Origin: a virus
Taxonomy: Duplodnaviria > Heunggongvirae > Uroviricota > Caudoviricetes
IMG/VR virus record: IMGVR_UViG_2718217897_000010
Span: 1 to 16,044 of that record
DNA length: 16,044 nucleotides
Reading direction: 5' to 3' (one strand)
Under the pieces are notes generated by a model. It had not been told where the DNA came from, did no database searches, and worked only from the letters and a program-made list of their open reading frames with translations. This document shows positions 7,293-14,790 of the stretch, one piece after another (position 1 is the first letter of the stretch; every line of letters starts with the position of its first letter). The position numbers and the translations under genes are program-made.

Positions 7293-7752
7293 TTACCACC
7301 CCACCAGCCTCTTTAAACCTGGCAATCAGGTCACCGATTTTATGTTCATACTGACCATAACCAGCGCCCGGCAGTGAAGCCCAGATATTGCTGCAACGGT
7401 CGATTGCCTGACGGATATCACCGCGATCAATCATCGGTAAAGCGCCACGCTCTTTAATCTGCTGTAATGCCACGGAGTCCTGGCTTCTGGGAGAGAAGTC
7501 TTTCAGCCCTAGCTGCTTGCGGTAGGCATCCCACCAACGGGAAAGAAGCTGGTAACGTCCGGCTGCTGTTGATTTGAGTTTCGGGTTTAGCGTGACAAGT
7601 TTGCGAGGATGATCGGAGTAATCAGTAAACAGTTCACCACCGACAATGACATCATAACCGTGGTTACGTGTCGGTTGTCGCCCGTTATCCGTTCCTTCTG
7701 ACCATGCAACCATATCCAAGAAAGCTTTACGCTGGGAATTTAGTGCCTGCAT
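7276..7752 (-). CDS. R: endolysin, lambda R-like lytic transglycosylase
   Basis: 158 aa. NSQRKAFLDMVAWSEGTDNGRQPTRNHGYDVIVGGELFTDYSDHPRKLVTLNPKLKS ... is near-identical along its length to lambda R as I recall it, including the catalytic Glu in WSEGT. Confidence 0.9.
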   Translation of the reverse strand: MQALNSQRKAFLDMVAWSEGTDNGRQPTRNHGYDVIVGGELFTDYSDHPRKLVTLNPKLKSTAAGRYQLLSRWWDAYRKQLGLKDFSPRSQDSVALQQIKERGALPMIDRGDIRQAIDRCSNIWASLPGAGYGQYEHKIGDLIARFKEAGGVVNEVEL

Positions 7753-7755
7753 AAA

Positions 7756-8082
7756 TTACTCCTTCGAGCTACCAAATTTGTTACCGATTACTCGCATTGC
7801 AGCCCCACGAATTGCATCGACACCAATCAGCCCAACACCGCCACCAATGGCAACAGAAAGAGATTTAGGCCATCCGACATACTCAAGAGCGGATGCAAAA
7901 GTCAGCGTCAGAGCACCACAGAGCAAAATCTCGAGCGTTTTTCGTTTCCAGCCACCACCACCGCCAAAATAGGCAATGCGCAAGCCAGCCATAACGATCG
8001 ACATAATCACTGCGCCCAGCGGTGTGTCTCCACGCCACCAGCTCTGGAACAACTCCAGCCAGGTATTTGGGTTATGAGGCAT
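7756..8082 (-). CDS. holin (class I, three TM segments, lambda S-like size)
   Basis: 108 aa with three hydrophobic segments and a charged C-terminus (NKFGSSKE). Sits directly upstream of the endolysin with 3-bp spacing. Confidence 0.7.
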   Translation of the reverse strand: MPHNPNTWLELFQSWWRGDTPLGAVIMSIVMAGLRIAYFGGGGGWKRKTLEILLCGALTLTFASALEYVGWPKSLSVAIGGGVGLIGVDAIRGAAMRVIGNKFGSSKE

Positions 8083-8234
8083 TTGTAGTTATCTCTCACC
8101 TCGCTGATACAGCAGGTGCAAATTGAGGGAACATCATGTACAGCAAATTAGAAGCGGAAACGTCAAAGAAGCCGAACCAATGGATAACTGCGGAATAGAC
8201 CAGGACCAACGAATCCCCAGCCCCAGAAACGACA

Positions 8235-8256
8235 AAACCCGCTCGACGGCGGGTTT
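8235..8256 (-). terminator. putative intrinsic terminator on the minus strand upstream of the holin (tR'-like position)
   Basis: Hairpin AAACCCGC-TCGACG-GCGGGTTT. On the minus strand the GC stem is followed by TTTTGTCGTTTCT. Confidence 0.35.
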
Positions 8257-8367
8257 AAGCTGTGTGGCGAAGTAACCACTCTTAACACGATACAATAATT
8301 TTTGCGTACGCGTTAGCGTTTTTGTAAGATTAACAAATAAATCGAAAAATCATAATCGGATGATTTC

Positions 8368-9390
8368 ATGGCAAAATTAAATGCTAGCGAAAGACTCGTT
8401 ACTCATCATAGTCTGACCATTGACACAAAGTTTAGAACCAAGGCAACACAAGAGGTAAAAGCCCAGTGTATATGTCCTGTTCCGGAAATGTACATGCTTG
8501 CCCCATTGATTGTTAAACAAAAGGGACTCGTTCATTCATATGATTCTGGGAATATTGTAGTTACTCTCCAAGATGTACAACTTTATCCTTTACTTCCAGA
8601 TAACTCACCCACGCATATTGTCCTTCTTATTAATAGTGTTGATAAAAATGGAAGTACTACCGTTGTAAAAAATATAAATACTAATGAACGCGTTGAAATC
8701 CAACCAAAATATGAACAAGGTGAAGGCTATGAAGTTTCTACCTATGTTGTCATATCATTAAATGGAAATAAAAGAACCTATGATATGATTTGTACATCTA
8801 CCCCAGGTGTATCTACGGCCCGGTTAAATAGTTTTTTAGACAAAATTCTCTTTGAAGTGGCGAAAGACAATGAAGACTTATTTACCGCAAAACATCCAAC
8901 TAACGTTATTTCTGCAACATCAAAAAAAGAAGTAAAAATACGATACAAACCAATATTTGAATTTACAGGAATGTTAGACAAGGAGCTTTTTAATAAAATA
9001 AGCCAAAAAGGATTATCAGATGTCATATTAGTCAAGGATCAATTCGGAACAATTAATGCTCCTGATGTTAACTCACCTTACATTCCGACTGAAAGTACAT
9101 TAAAATTACTTCCAAATCATGGTGACAATGTTATTGGATGGATTAAAAATGTAGCATCTCATTTCAATAAAAAAATGAATGGTGGTTATGATAAATTAAA
9201 GGTTAAATTCCAAGATCCTGAAACAAATAAACCAAGGCAGGTTGATTTCAAAACCTCAAACATCAATCTTAATAATTTAGAAAAAACATTTATTAAGAAA
9301 AGCATTATCGATAACTTTAATTCGCGCCTGAAGGATTCATATGTTAAAATTGAGCTAGAGTTTGTTGTGAAAATGATAGATTTGATGTGA
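8368..9390 (+). CDS. hypothetical soluble protein (340 aa), first gene of an AT-rich two-gene cargo operon
   Basis: ORF with ATG at 8368. Strongly AT-rich, Asn/Lys/Ser/Thr-rich, no TM segment, no recognisable NTPase, nuclease or NTase motif. 7-bp gap to the downstream gene, which has its own SD (GTGAGG). Confidence 0.6.
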   Translation: MAKLNASERLVTHHSLTIDTKFRTKATQEVKAQCICPVPEMYMLAPLIVKQKGLVHSYDSGNIVVTLQDVQLYPLLPDNSPTHIVLLINSVDKNGSTTVVKNINTNERVEIQPKYEQGEGYEVSTYVVISLNGNKRTYDMICTSTPGVSTARLNSFLDKILFEVAKDNEDLFTAKHPTNVISATSKKEVKIRYKPIFEFTGMLDKELFNKISQKGLSDVILVKDQFGTINAPDVNSPYIPTESTLKLLPNHGDNVIGWIKNVASHFNKKMNGGYDKLKVKFQDPETNKPRQVDFKTSNINLNNLEKTFIKKSIIDNFNSRLKDSYVKIELEFVVKMIDLM

Positions 9391-9397
9391 GGTTATT

Positions 9398-9982
9398 ATG
9401 CCAATACTTTCAGTTTTCTCTCATCTAGGCAAGCCGTTTGGATATCTTTTTATTAAAGGTATTAGCGGCAAAGCTGCATATGATTGGGTAGCGCCAATTC
9501 TACTTACTTCTATCACAGCAGTACTTTTCATTCTATTAAAAATCCCTGTCAAAGATTTATTTGATGACAATGGTTTCATTAAATCAATCGTTTCATTTAT
9601 CTCTAACCTACCAGGGTTTTATATTGCCGCTCTGGCCGCCATAGCAACTTTCAATAGAGCTGAGATTGATTTACCATTGATTAGCAATGAAAGAAATGCC
9701 TCTATTGAAATAAAAGTAACAAAAGAAAATGGAAAAGTAGTAAATTCAGAGGAGGTTCTGACCAGACGATTATTTCTTTGCATGCTATTCTCTTTTTTAA
9801 CAGCATTAAGCATTGTTATAATAATACTTAATGCTATATTTTCACCATTAATCAATGTCTATCAAAACAGTTTTGTTTTAATGGTTTATACTGTTGTATT
9901 TACTTTCCTCGTTTGGCAACTCTTAGTATCAACTTTCTTTGGATTATATTATCTCGGAAACAGAATTCATATGAATTATTAA
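9398..9982 (+). CDS. hypothetical integral membrane protein (194 aa, four predicted TM helices)
   Basis: Hydrophobic segments at about residues 30-49, 64-85, 125-148 and 159-186, with a ~40-residue charged loop between TM2 and TM3. Coupled to the upstream 340-aa gene. Confidence 0.6.
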   Translation: MPILSVFSHLGKPFGYLFIKGISGKAAYDWVAPILLTSITAVLFILLKIPVKDLFDDNGFIKSIVSFISNLPGFYIAALAAIATFNRAEIDLPLISNERNASIEIKVTKENGKVVNSEEVLTRRLFLCMLFSFLTALSIVIIILNAIFSPLINVYQNSFVLMVYTVVFTFLVWQLLVSTFFGLYYLGNRIHMNY

Positions 9983-10002
9983 GCCCTACAGGGGCTTAAT
10001 AA
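9976..10002. repeat. 11-bp perfect inverted repeat TTATTAAGCCC-TACAG-GGGCTTAATAA spanning the stop codons of two convergent genes
   Basis: Read directly. The left arm contains the TAA stop of the 194-aa gene (9980-9982) and the spacer/right arm contains the TAG stop of the Q-like gene (9986-9988). Confidence 0.6.
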
Positions 10003-10378
10003 TCAACAAAATACCTTCAATCACTCCTATTGCTGCTTGAAGTTGTTTTCTGATTGACCCGTCAGAGCATTTCCGTTTCTTTGCTATTGAACGGAGTGAA
10101 ATACCGATAACAAAGTGAGCAATGATCAGTTCATATTCTTCTGGCTTATATTTCCGCATTCGCGCAACACAGCTGTCAATCATGATTCCTTCATCATCAT
10201 CGCATTGTTGGCGTGTTTTCTTTCCATGAGGTAGTAAACCTTTAAACCCTGCAGCAACAGGCTGCCAGTCCACACCACTGTTAACCGCGGGAAAATTTCC
10301 GAAGAAGACACCACCGAAACGCCGATGTATGTCAATCGCGGTGGTCGCCTGACTATTCTGCAGGAAGACCAGGGACAA
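9986..10378 (-). CDS. Q-like late antiterminator (phage 21/QuuD-type); non-ATG (TTG) start, possibly defective
   Basis: 130 aa containing AAGFKGL, CDDDEGIMIDSCVARM and CSDGSIRKQLQAAIGVIEGIL, which resemble phage-21-type Q proteins as I recall them. The ORF begins with TTG directly after an in-frame TAA; the first internal ATG is at codon ~66. Confidence 0.5.
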   Translation of the reverse strand: MSLVFLQNSQATTAIDIHRRFGGVFFGNFPAVNSGVDWQPVAAGFKGLLPHGKKTRQQCDDDEGIMIDSCVARMRKYKPEEYELIIAHFVIGISLRSIAKKRKCSDGSIRKQLQAAIGVIEGILLIIKPL

Positions 10379-10497
10379 TTACTGACTCTTGCCGGTGAGC
10401 CTGACGGAAAATTACGCGCAGCAGGTCATTAATATCGTTCTTAATTAACTGATTATTTATCTCATCACTGAATATCTTTATATAGTGAGGACTTATT

Positions 10498-11322
10498 ATG
10501 TCTCAGAACTTAGACGCAACCGCAATTAATCAAATCCATGCCCTTATTTCTGCTCAGGGTGTTAATGAAATTATCAGTAAGATTGGTGCCGATGCTGTGG
10601 CATTGCCTGAGAATTTCCGCATTCATGATCTGGAAAAATTTAATTTAAATCGCTTCCGTTTCCGTGGTGCGCTTTCCACTGCCAGCATCGATGACTTTAC
10701 CCGTTATTCTAAAGATCTTGCAGATGAAGGCACCCGCTGCTTTATCGATGCTGATAATATGCGTGCCGTCAGTGTACTTAACCTGGGTACTATTGATGAA
10801 CCAGGTCACGCAGATAACACCGCCACTCTCAAACTGAAAAAGACAGCACCGTTCTCTGCCCTGTTGTCTGTTAACGGCGAGCGTAACTCCCAGAAGTCAC
10901 TGGCAGAATGGATCGAAGACTGGGCCGACTACCTTGTGGGCTTTGATGCTAATGGTGATGCCATTCAGGCAACAAAAGCGGCTGCGGCAGTCCGTAAAAT
11001 CACGATTGAAGCAAACCAGACCGCTGATTTTGAAGACAATGACTTCAGCGGCAAACGCTCCCTGATGGAGTCTGTCGAAGCGAAGACCAAAGATATTATG
11101 CCTGTGGCATTTGAATTTAAATGCGTTCCGTTTGAAGGCCTGAAAGAACGTCCGTTTAAATTACGCCTCAGCATTATCACTGGCGATCGTCCTGTACTGG
11201 TTCTGCGCATTATTCAGCTGGAAGCAGTGCAGGAAGAAATGGCTAACGAATTTCGTGATCTGCTTGTTGAGAAATTCAAGGACAGCAAAGTAGAAACCTT
11301 TATTGGTACTTTCACCGCCTGA
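10498..11322 (+). CDS. DUF2303 / YfdQ-like prophage early-region protein
   Basis: 274 aa with good SD (GTGAGGA). Sequence resembles the CPS-53 prophage YfdQ family (from memory). Confidence 0.7.
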   Translation: MSQNLDATAINQIHALISAQGVNEIISKIGADAVALPENFRIHDLEKFNLNRFRFRGALSTASIDDFTRYSKDLADEGTRCFIDADNMRAVSVLNLGTIDEPGHADNTATLKLKKTAPFSALLSVNGERNSQKSLAEWIEDWADYLVGFDANGDAIQATKAAAAVRKITIEANQTADFEDNDFSGKRSLMESVEAKTKDIMPVAFEFKCVPFEGLKERPFKLRLSIITGDRPVLVLRIIQLEAVQEEMANEFRDLLVEKFKDSKVETFIGTFTA

Positions 11323-11334
11323 TTTCATTACTGC

Positions 11335-11356
11335 AAATGCCCCTGCGGGGGCATTT
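11335..11356 (+). terminator. putative terminator hairpin AAATGCCCC-TGCG-GGGGCATTT after the YfdQ-like gene
   Basis: 9-bp perfect inverted repeat 13 bp past the stop. The T-run is short and partly inside the stem, so strength is uncertain. Confidence 0.35.
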
Positions 11357-11449
11357 ATGGAAACGTAATTGACTCAATAATCGCCGGATGGTGAGGGCTT
11401 CCTTTTACCAGAATTCAGCGCGGTGCAGCGCATATACGTGGAGAACAAA

Positions 11450-11986
11450 ATGTCATTTATTAAAACTTTTTCCGGGAAGCATTTTTATTATGACAGGATA
11501 AATAAAGACGACATCGTTATTAACGATATCGCGGTTTCTCTTTCAAATATCTGTCGCTTTGCAGGGCATCTTTCACATTTCTACAGCGTTGCCCAACATG
11601 CGGTGCTTTGCAGCCAACTGGTACCGCAGGAATTTGCTTTTGAAGCGTTAATGCATGATGCAACAGAAGCGTATTGCCAGGACATCCCGGCGCCACTGAA
11701 ACGCCTTCTTCCTGACTATAAACGGATGGAAGAAAAAATAGATGCAGTAATCCGTGAGAAATACGAGTTGCCCCCGGTTATGAGCACGCCTGTGAAATAT
11801 GCCGATCTAATCATGCTGGCAACCGAACGCCGTGATCTCGGGCTTGATGATGGCTCTTTATGGCCTGTACTGGAAGGTATCCCGGCAACAGAGATGTTCA
11901 AAGTTATTCCACTGGCACCGGGCCATGCCTACGGGATGTTTATGGAACGCTTCAACGAGTTATCGGAATTACGCAAATGTGCATAA
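11450..11986 (+). CDS. HD-domain metal-dependent phosphohydrolase (YfdR-like 5'-deoxynucleotidase family)
   Basis: 178 aa from the ATG at 11450, preceded by GGAGA. Contains the HD motif in ALMHDATEAY. The track ORF start at 11423 is GTG and adds 9 residues. Confidence 0.75.
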   Translation: MSFIKTFSGKHFYYDRINKDDIVINDIAVSLSNICRFAGHLSHFYSVAQHAVLCSQLVPQEFAFEALMHDATEAYCQDIPAPLKRLLPDYKRMEEKIDAVIREKYELPPVMSTPVKYADLIMLATERRDLGLDDGSLWPVLEGIPATEMFKVIPLAPGHAYGMFMERFNELSELRKCA

Positions 11987-12855
11987 CTCATGTAGTTAGT
12001 TTTTCTGGCGGGAGAACATCCGCATATCTTGTTCACCTGATGGAAGAACAAAGAAAGGCTGGCAATAACGTCTGCTACATCTTTATGGATACCGGTTGCG
12101 AACATCCGCTGACATACCGCTTTATCCGGGAGGTTGTGAAGTTCTGGGACATACCACTAACTGTGTTACAGGTCGATATAAATCCTGAGCTTGGGCAGCC
12201 AAATGGTTATACAGAATGGGAGCCAAAGGATATTCAGACACGAATGCCGGTGCTTAAACCGTTTATGGACATGGTTAAAAAGTACGGCACGCCATACATC
12301 GGCGGCGCGTTCTGTACTGATAGGCTAAAACTCATCCCTTTCACGAAATACTGCGATAACCATTTCGGGCGAGGTAATTACATCACATGGCTGGGTATTC
12401 GTGCAGACGAACCCCGTAGGCTGAAACCGAAATCGGGCGTCCGGTATCTTGCCGAGCTGTCAGATTTTGATAAGTCGGATGTTATCCGGTGGTGGCGAAA
12501 ACAACCTTTTGATTTGCAAATCCCGGAGCATCTCGGGAACTGTGTTTTCTGCATCAAAAAGTCAACGCAAAAGCTGGGGCTTGCATGTAAAGACGAACCA
12601 GGTCTGATGCGAGTTTTTAATGAGCTGGTTACAGGCAAACACGTCAGGGATGGTCATCGCAGAACAGGTAAAGACATTATGTACCGTGGTCACCTGACGC
12701 TTGACGGAATTGCCAGAATGTCTGCCAACAGCGACTACAGAAATTTGTATCAGGCGATGGTACAGGCCAGGCGATTCGATACCGGCTCGTGTTCAGAGTC
12801 ATGTGAAATCTGGGGTGATCAATTGGAATTGGAATTCAAAGAGGTAGGGGTATGA
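11977..12855 (+). CDS. PAPS-reductase-like (PP-loop ATP pyrophosphatase superfamily) protein
   Basis: PP-loop motif SFSGGRTS near the N-terminus. Start MCITHVVSFSGG at 11977 overlaps the upstream stop. C-terminal cysteines (CVFC, CSESC). Confidence 0.7.
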   Translation: MCITHVVSFSGGRTSAYLVHLMEEQRKAGNNVCYIFMDTGCEHPLTYRFIREVVKFWDIPLTVLQVDINPELGQPNGYTEWEPKDIQTRMPVLKPFMDMVKKYGTPYIGGAFCTDRLKLIPFTKYCDNHFGRGNYITWLGIRADEPRRLKPKSGVRYLAELSDFDKSDVIRWWRKQPFDLQIPEHLGNCVFCIKKSTQKLGLACKDEPGLMRVFNELVTGKHVRDGHRRTGKDIMYRGHLTLDGIARMSANSDYRNLYQAMVQARRFDTGSCSESCEIWGDQLELEFKEVGV

Positions 12856-13196
12856 CAACCGAAATTAACTACCATGCACTGCTTGAGCGCGCACGGAATA
12901 AAGTGCAGAGCATTGAGTTCGCCTTAACACAGAGTGCATTCGCTGAGATTCGCGCTGAGCTTGAAAATGATTTAGAACTGGCACGGATTGCACTGGCATC
13001 TCTGGAAGTTGAGCCAGATGAACGCGCAGCCTATGAATTATTTATGGAAAAGCGTTTCGGTAAAACAGTCGATCGTCGGAGAGCAAAAAACGGCGATAAC
13101 GAATACATGGCATGGGATATGACTCTCGGTTGGATCGTCTGGCAGCAACGAGCTGGTATCCATTTTTCAACAATGTCACAGCAAGAGGTGAAATAA
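12852..13196 (+). CDS. hypothetical early-region protein (114 aa)
   Basis: Translationally coupled on both sides: ATGA overlap with the upstream gene and TAATG overlap with xis. Confidence 0.55.
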   Translation: MTTEINYHALLERARNKVQSIEFALTQSAFAEIRAELENDLELARIALASLEVEPDERAAYELFMEKRFGKTVDRRRAKNGDNEYMAWDMTLGWIVWQQRAGIHFSTMSQQEVK

Positions 13197-13546
13197 TGGA
13201 GCCATACAGCCTCACACTCGATGAGGCCTGTCATTTTCTCAAGATATCCAGACCGACTGCCATTAACTGGATACGCACAGGGCGTCTTCAGGCAACACGC
13301 AAAGATCCCACTAAGAATAAATCTCCTTACCTCACAACACGACAAGCCTGCATTGCGGCTCTTCAGTCTCCGCTGCATACTGTCCAGGTGAGCGCGGGTG
13401 ATGGCATAACAGAGGAAAGAAAATGTCACTCTTCCGCAGAGGTGAAATATGGTACGCCAGTTTCACATTGCCGAACGGTAAAAGATTTAAACAGTCTCTT
13501 GGAACAAAGGACAAAAGGCAGGCGACAGAACTCCATGACAAGCTAA
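13196..13546 (+). CDS. xis: excisionase (P22 Xis-like)
   Basis: [38 protein letters not shown] is an HTH excisionase N-terminus. About 116 aa, overlapping the 5' end of int in another frame, as in P22. Confidence 0.7.
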   Translation: MEPYSLTLDEACHFLKISRPTAINWIRTGRLQATRKDPTKNKSPYLTTRQACIAALQSPLHTVQVSAGDGITEERKCHSSAEVKYGTPVSHCRTVKDLNSLLEQRTKGRRQNSMTS

Positions 13547-14586
13547 AGGCTGAAGCATGGCGGGTCAGCAAACTTGGTGAAATACCTGATATAACGTTCG
13601 AGGAAGCGTGTGTCAGGTGGCTTGAAGAGAAAGCACATAAAAAATCACTGGACGATGACAAAAGCCGGATCGGATTCTGGCTTCAACATTTCGCAGGAAT
13701 GCAACTAAGAGACATTACTGAATCAAAAATTTATTCAGCAATGCAGAAAATGACGAACCGGCGTCATGAGGAAAACTGGAAACTCAGGGCAGAAGCATGC
13801 AGAAAAAAAGGGAAACCTGTTCCAGAATACACGCCAAAACCAGCGTCCGTTGCAACGAAGGCTACGCATCTTTCATTTATAAAGGCCCTACTAAGAGCCG
13901 CAGAGCGTGAATGGAAAATGCTGGATAAGGCACCAATTATTAAAGTGCCTCAACCAAAGAATAAACGGATCCGCTGGCTGGAGCCCCATGAAGCACAAAG
14001 GCTGATTGATGAATGTCCGGAGCCATTAAAGTCTGTTGTTGAATTTGCACTGGCAACAGGCTTAAGACGCTCGAACATCATCAACCTTGAATGGCAACAA
14101 ATAGACATGCAGCGCCGGGTGGCATGGATAAACCCGGAAGAGAGTAAATCAAACCGCGCAATTGGCGTTGCGCTGAATGATACTGCATGTCGCGTATTGA
14201 AAAAACAAATCGGGAATCATCACCGTTGGGTATTTGTGTACAAGGAAAGCTGTACCAAACCAGACGGAACGAAAGCGCCAACGGTCAGGAAGATGCGGTA
14301 TGACGCAAACACAGCCTGGAAAGCGGCGCTGAGACGGGCTGGTATTGATGATTTCAGATTTCACGACTTGAGACACACCTGGGCAAGCTGGCTGGTTCAA
14401 GCCGGAGTCCCGTTGTCAGTGTTACAGGAAATGGGAGGCTGGGAGTCTATCGAAATGGTTCGTCGATATGCTCACCTTGCACCTAATCACCTTACCGAAC
14501 ACGCACGGCAAATAGACTCGATCCTGAACCCATCGGTCCCAAATTTGTCCCAGTCAAAAAATAAGGAAGGTACTAATGATGTGTAA
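13423..14586 (+). CDS. int: tyrosine site-specific integrase (P22 Int-like, 387 aa)
   Basis: N-terminus [49 protein letters not shown]-terminal catalytic region [39 protein letters not shown] carries the conserved H-x-x-R and Tyr. Ends 14 bp from the tRNA 3' end. Confidence 0.9.
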   Translation: MSLFRRGEIWYASFTLPNGKRFKQSLGTKDKRQATELHDKLKAEAWRVSKLGEIPDITFEEACVRWLEEKAHKKSLDDDKSRIGFWLQHFAGMQLRDITESKIYSAMQKMTNRRHEENWKLRAEACRKKGKPVPEYTPKPASVATKATHLSFIKALLRAAEREWKMLDKAPIIKVPQPKNKRIRWLEPHEAQRLIDECPEPLKSVVEFALATGLRRSNIINLEWQQIDMQRRVAWINPEESKSNRAIGVALNDTACRVLKKQIGNHHRWVFVYKESCTKPDGTKAPTVRKMRYDANTAWKAALRRAGIDDFRFHDLRHTWASWLVQAGVPLSVLQEMGGWESIEMVRRYAHLAPNHLTEHARQIDSILNPSVPNLSQSKNKEGTNDV

Positions 14587-14600
14587 CTTATTGATTTAAA

Positions 14601-14676
14601 TGGTGCCGATAATAGGAGTCGAACCTACGACCTTCGCATTACGAATGCGCTGCTCTACCAACTGAGCTATATCGGC
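14601..14676 (-). tRNA. thrW: tRNA-Thr (anticodon CGU)
   Basis: The reverse complement folds as a canonical cloverleaf: acceptor stem GCCGATA/TATCGGC, anticodon loop TTCGTAA, T-arm GGTTCGACTCC, 3' CCA encoded. Confidence 0.95.
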
Positions 14677-14790
14677 CCTGAAAGGACATGTTCACGAACG
14701 TGAATCACGGTGGACAAGGTTAAAACTAACCGGGCGATGCGTCAATGGCCTTGTGAATCAAATGGCTACTTTTGCATCACCCGGTTTTAT

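Larger units (their letters stand above)
1..14600. mobile_element. cryptic mosaic prophage remnant / genomic island integrated at the 3' end of tRNA-Thr; left boundary beyond the window
   Basis: int-xis next to the tRNA, phage late and lysis modules, terS/HNH, and tail-fibre switch remnant. Head, tail, replication and immunity genes are absent. Contains AT-rich cargo blocks. No second att copy found in the window. Confidence 0.75.

Noticed and set aside
7778-7972. ORF 7778-7972(+), Pro-rich 64 aa
   Set aside because: Antisense to the holin gene, which has the better coding signal and the expected position.
8778-9855. Minus-strand ORFs 8778-9035 and 9619-9855
   Set aside because: Embedded antisense in the two cargo genes. 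AT-rich DNA often gives such ORFs by chance.
11423-11986. Longer start choices from the ORF track: 11423 (HD gene), 11860 (PAPS-reductase-like), 13112 (xis), 3460 (invertase)
   Set aside because: In each case an internal ATG with a better SD or the known family N-terminus (11450, 11977, 13196, 3424) is preferred. The track's upstream extensions overlap the preceding gene or use GTG/TTG.
10965-14400. Minus-strand ORFs 10965-11210, 11716-11901, 12378-12638, 13031-13429, 13332-13661, 14081-14281, 14149-14400
   Set aside because: All are antisense within the coupled plus-strand operon from the YfdQ-like gene to int. No independent support.
14677-14790. Palindrome TTCACG-AA-CGTGAA and possible thrW promoter in the proA-thrW spacer
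   Set aside because: Too short and ambiguous to call. Ordinary core-genome intergenic region, not pursued.
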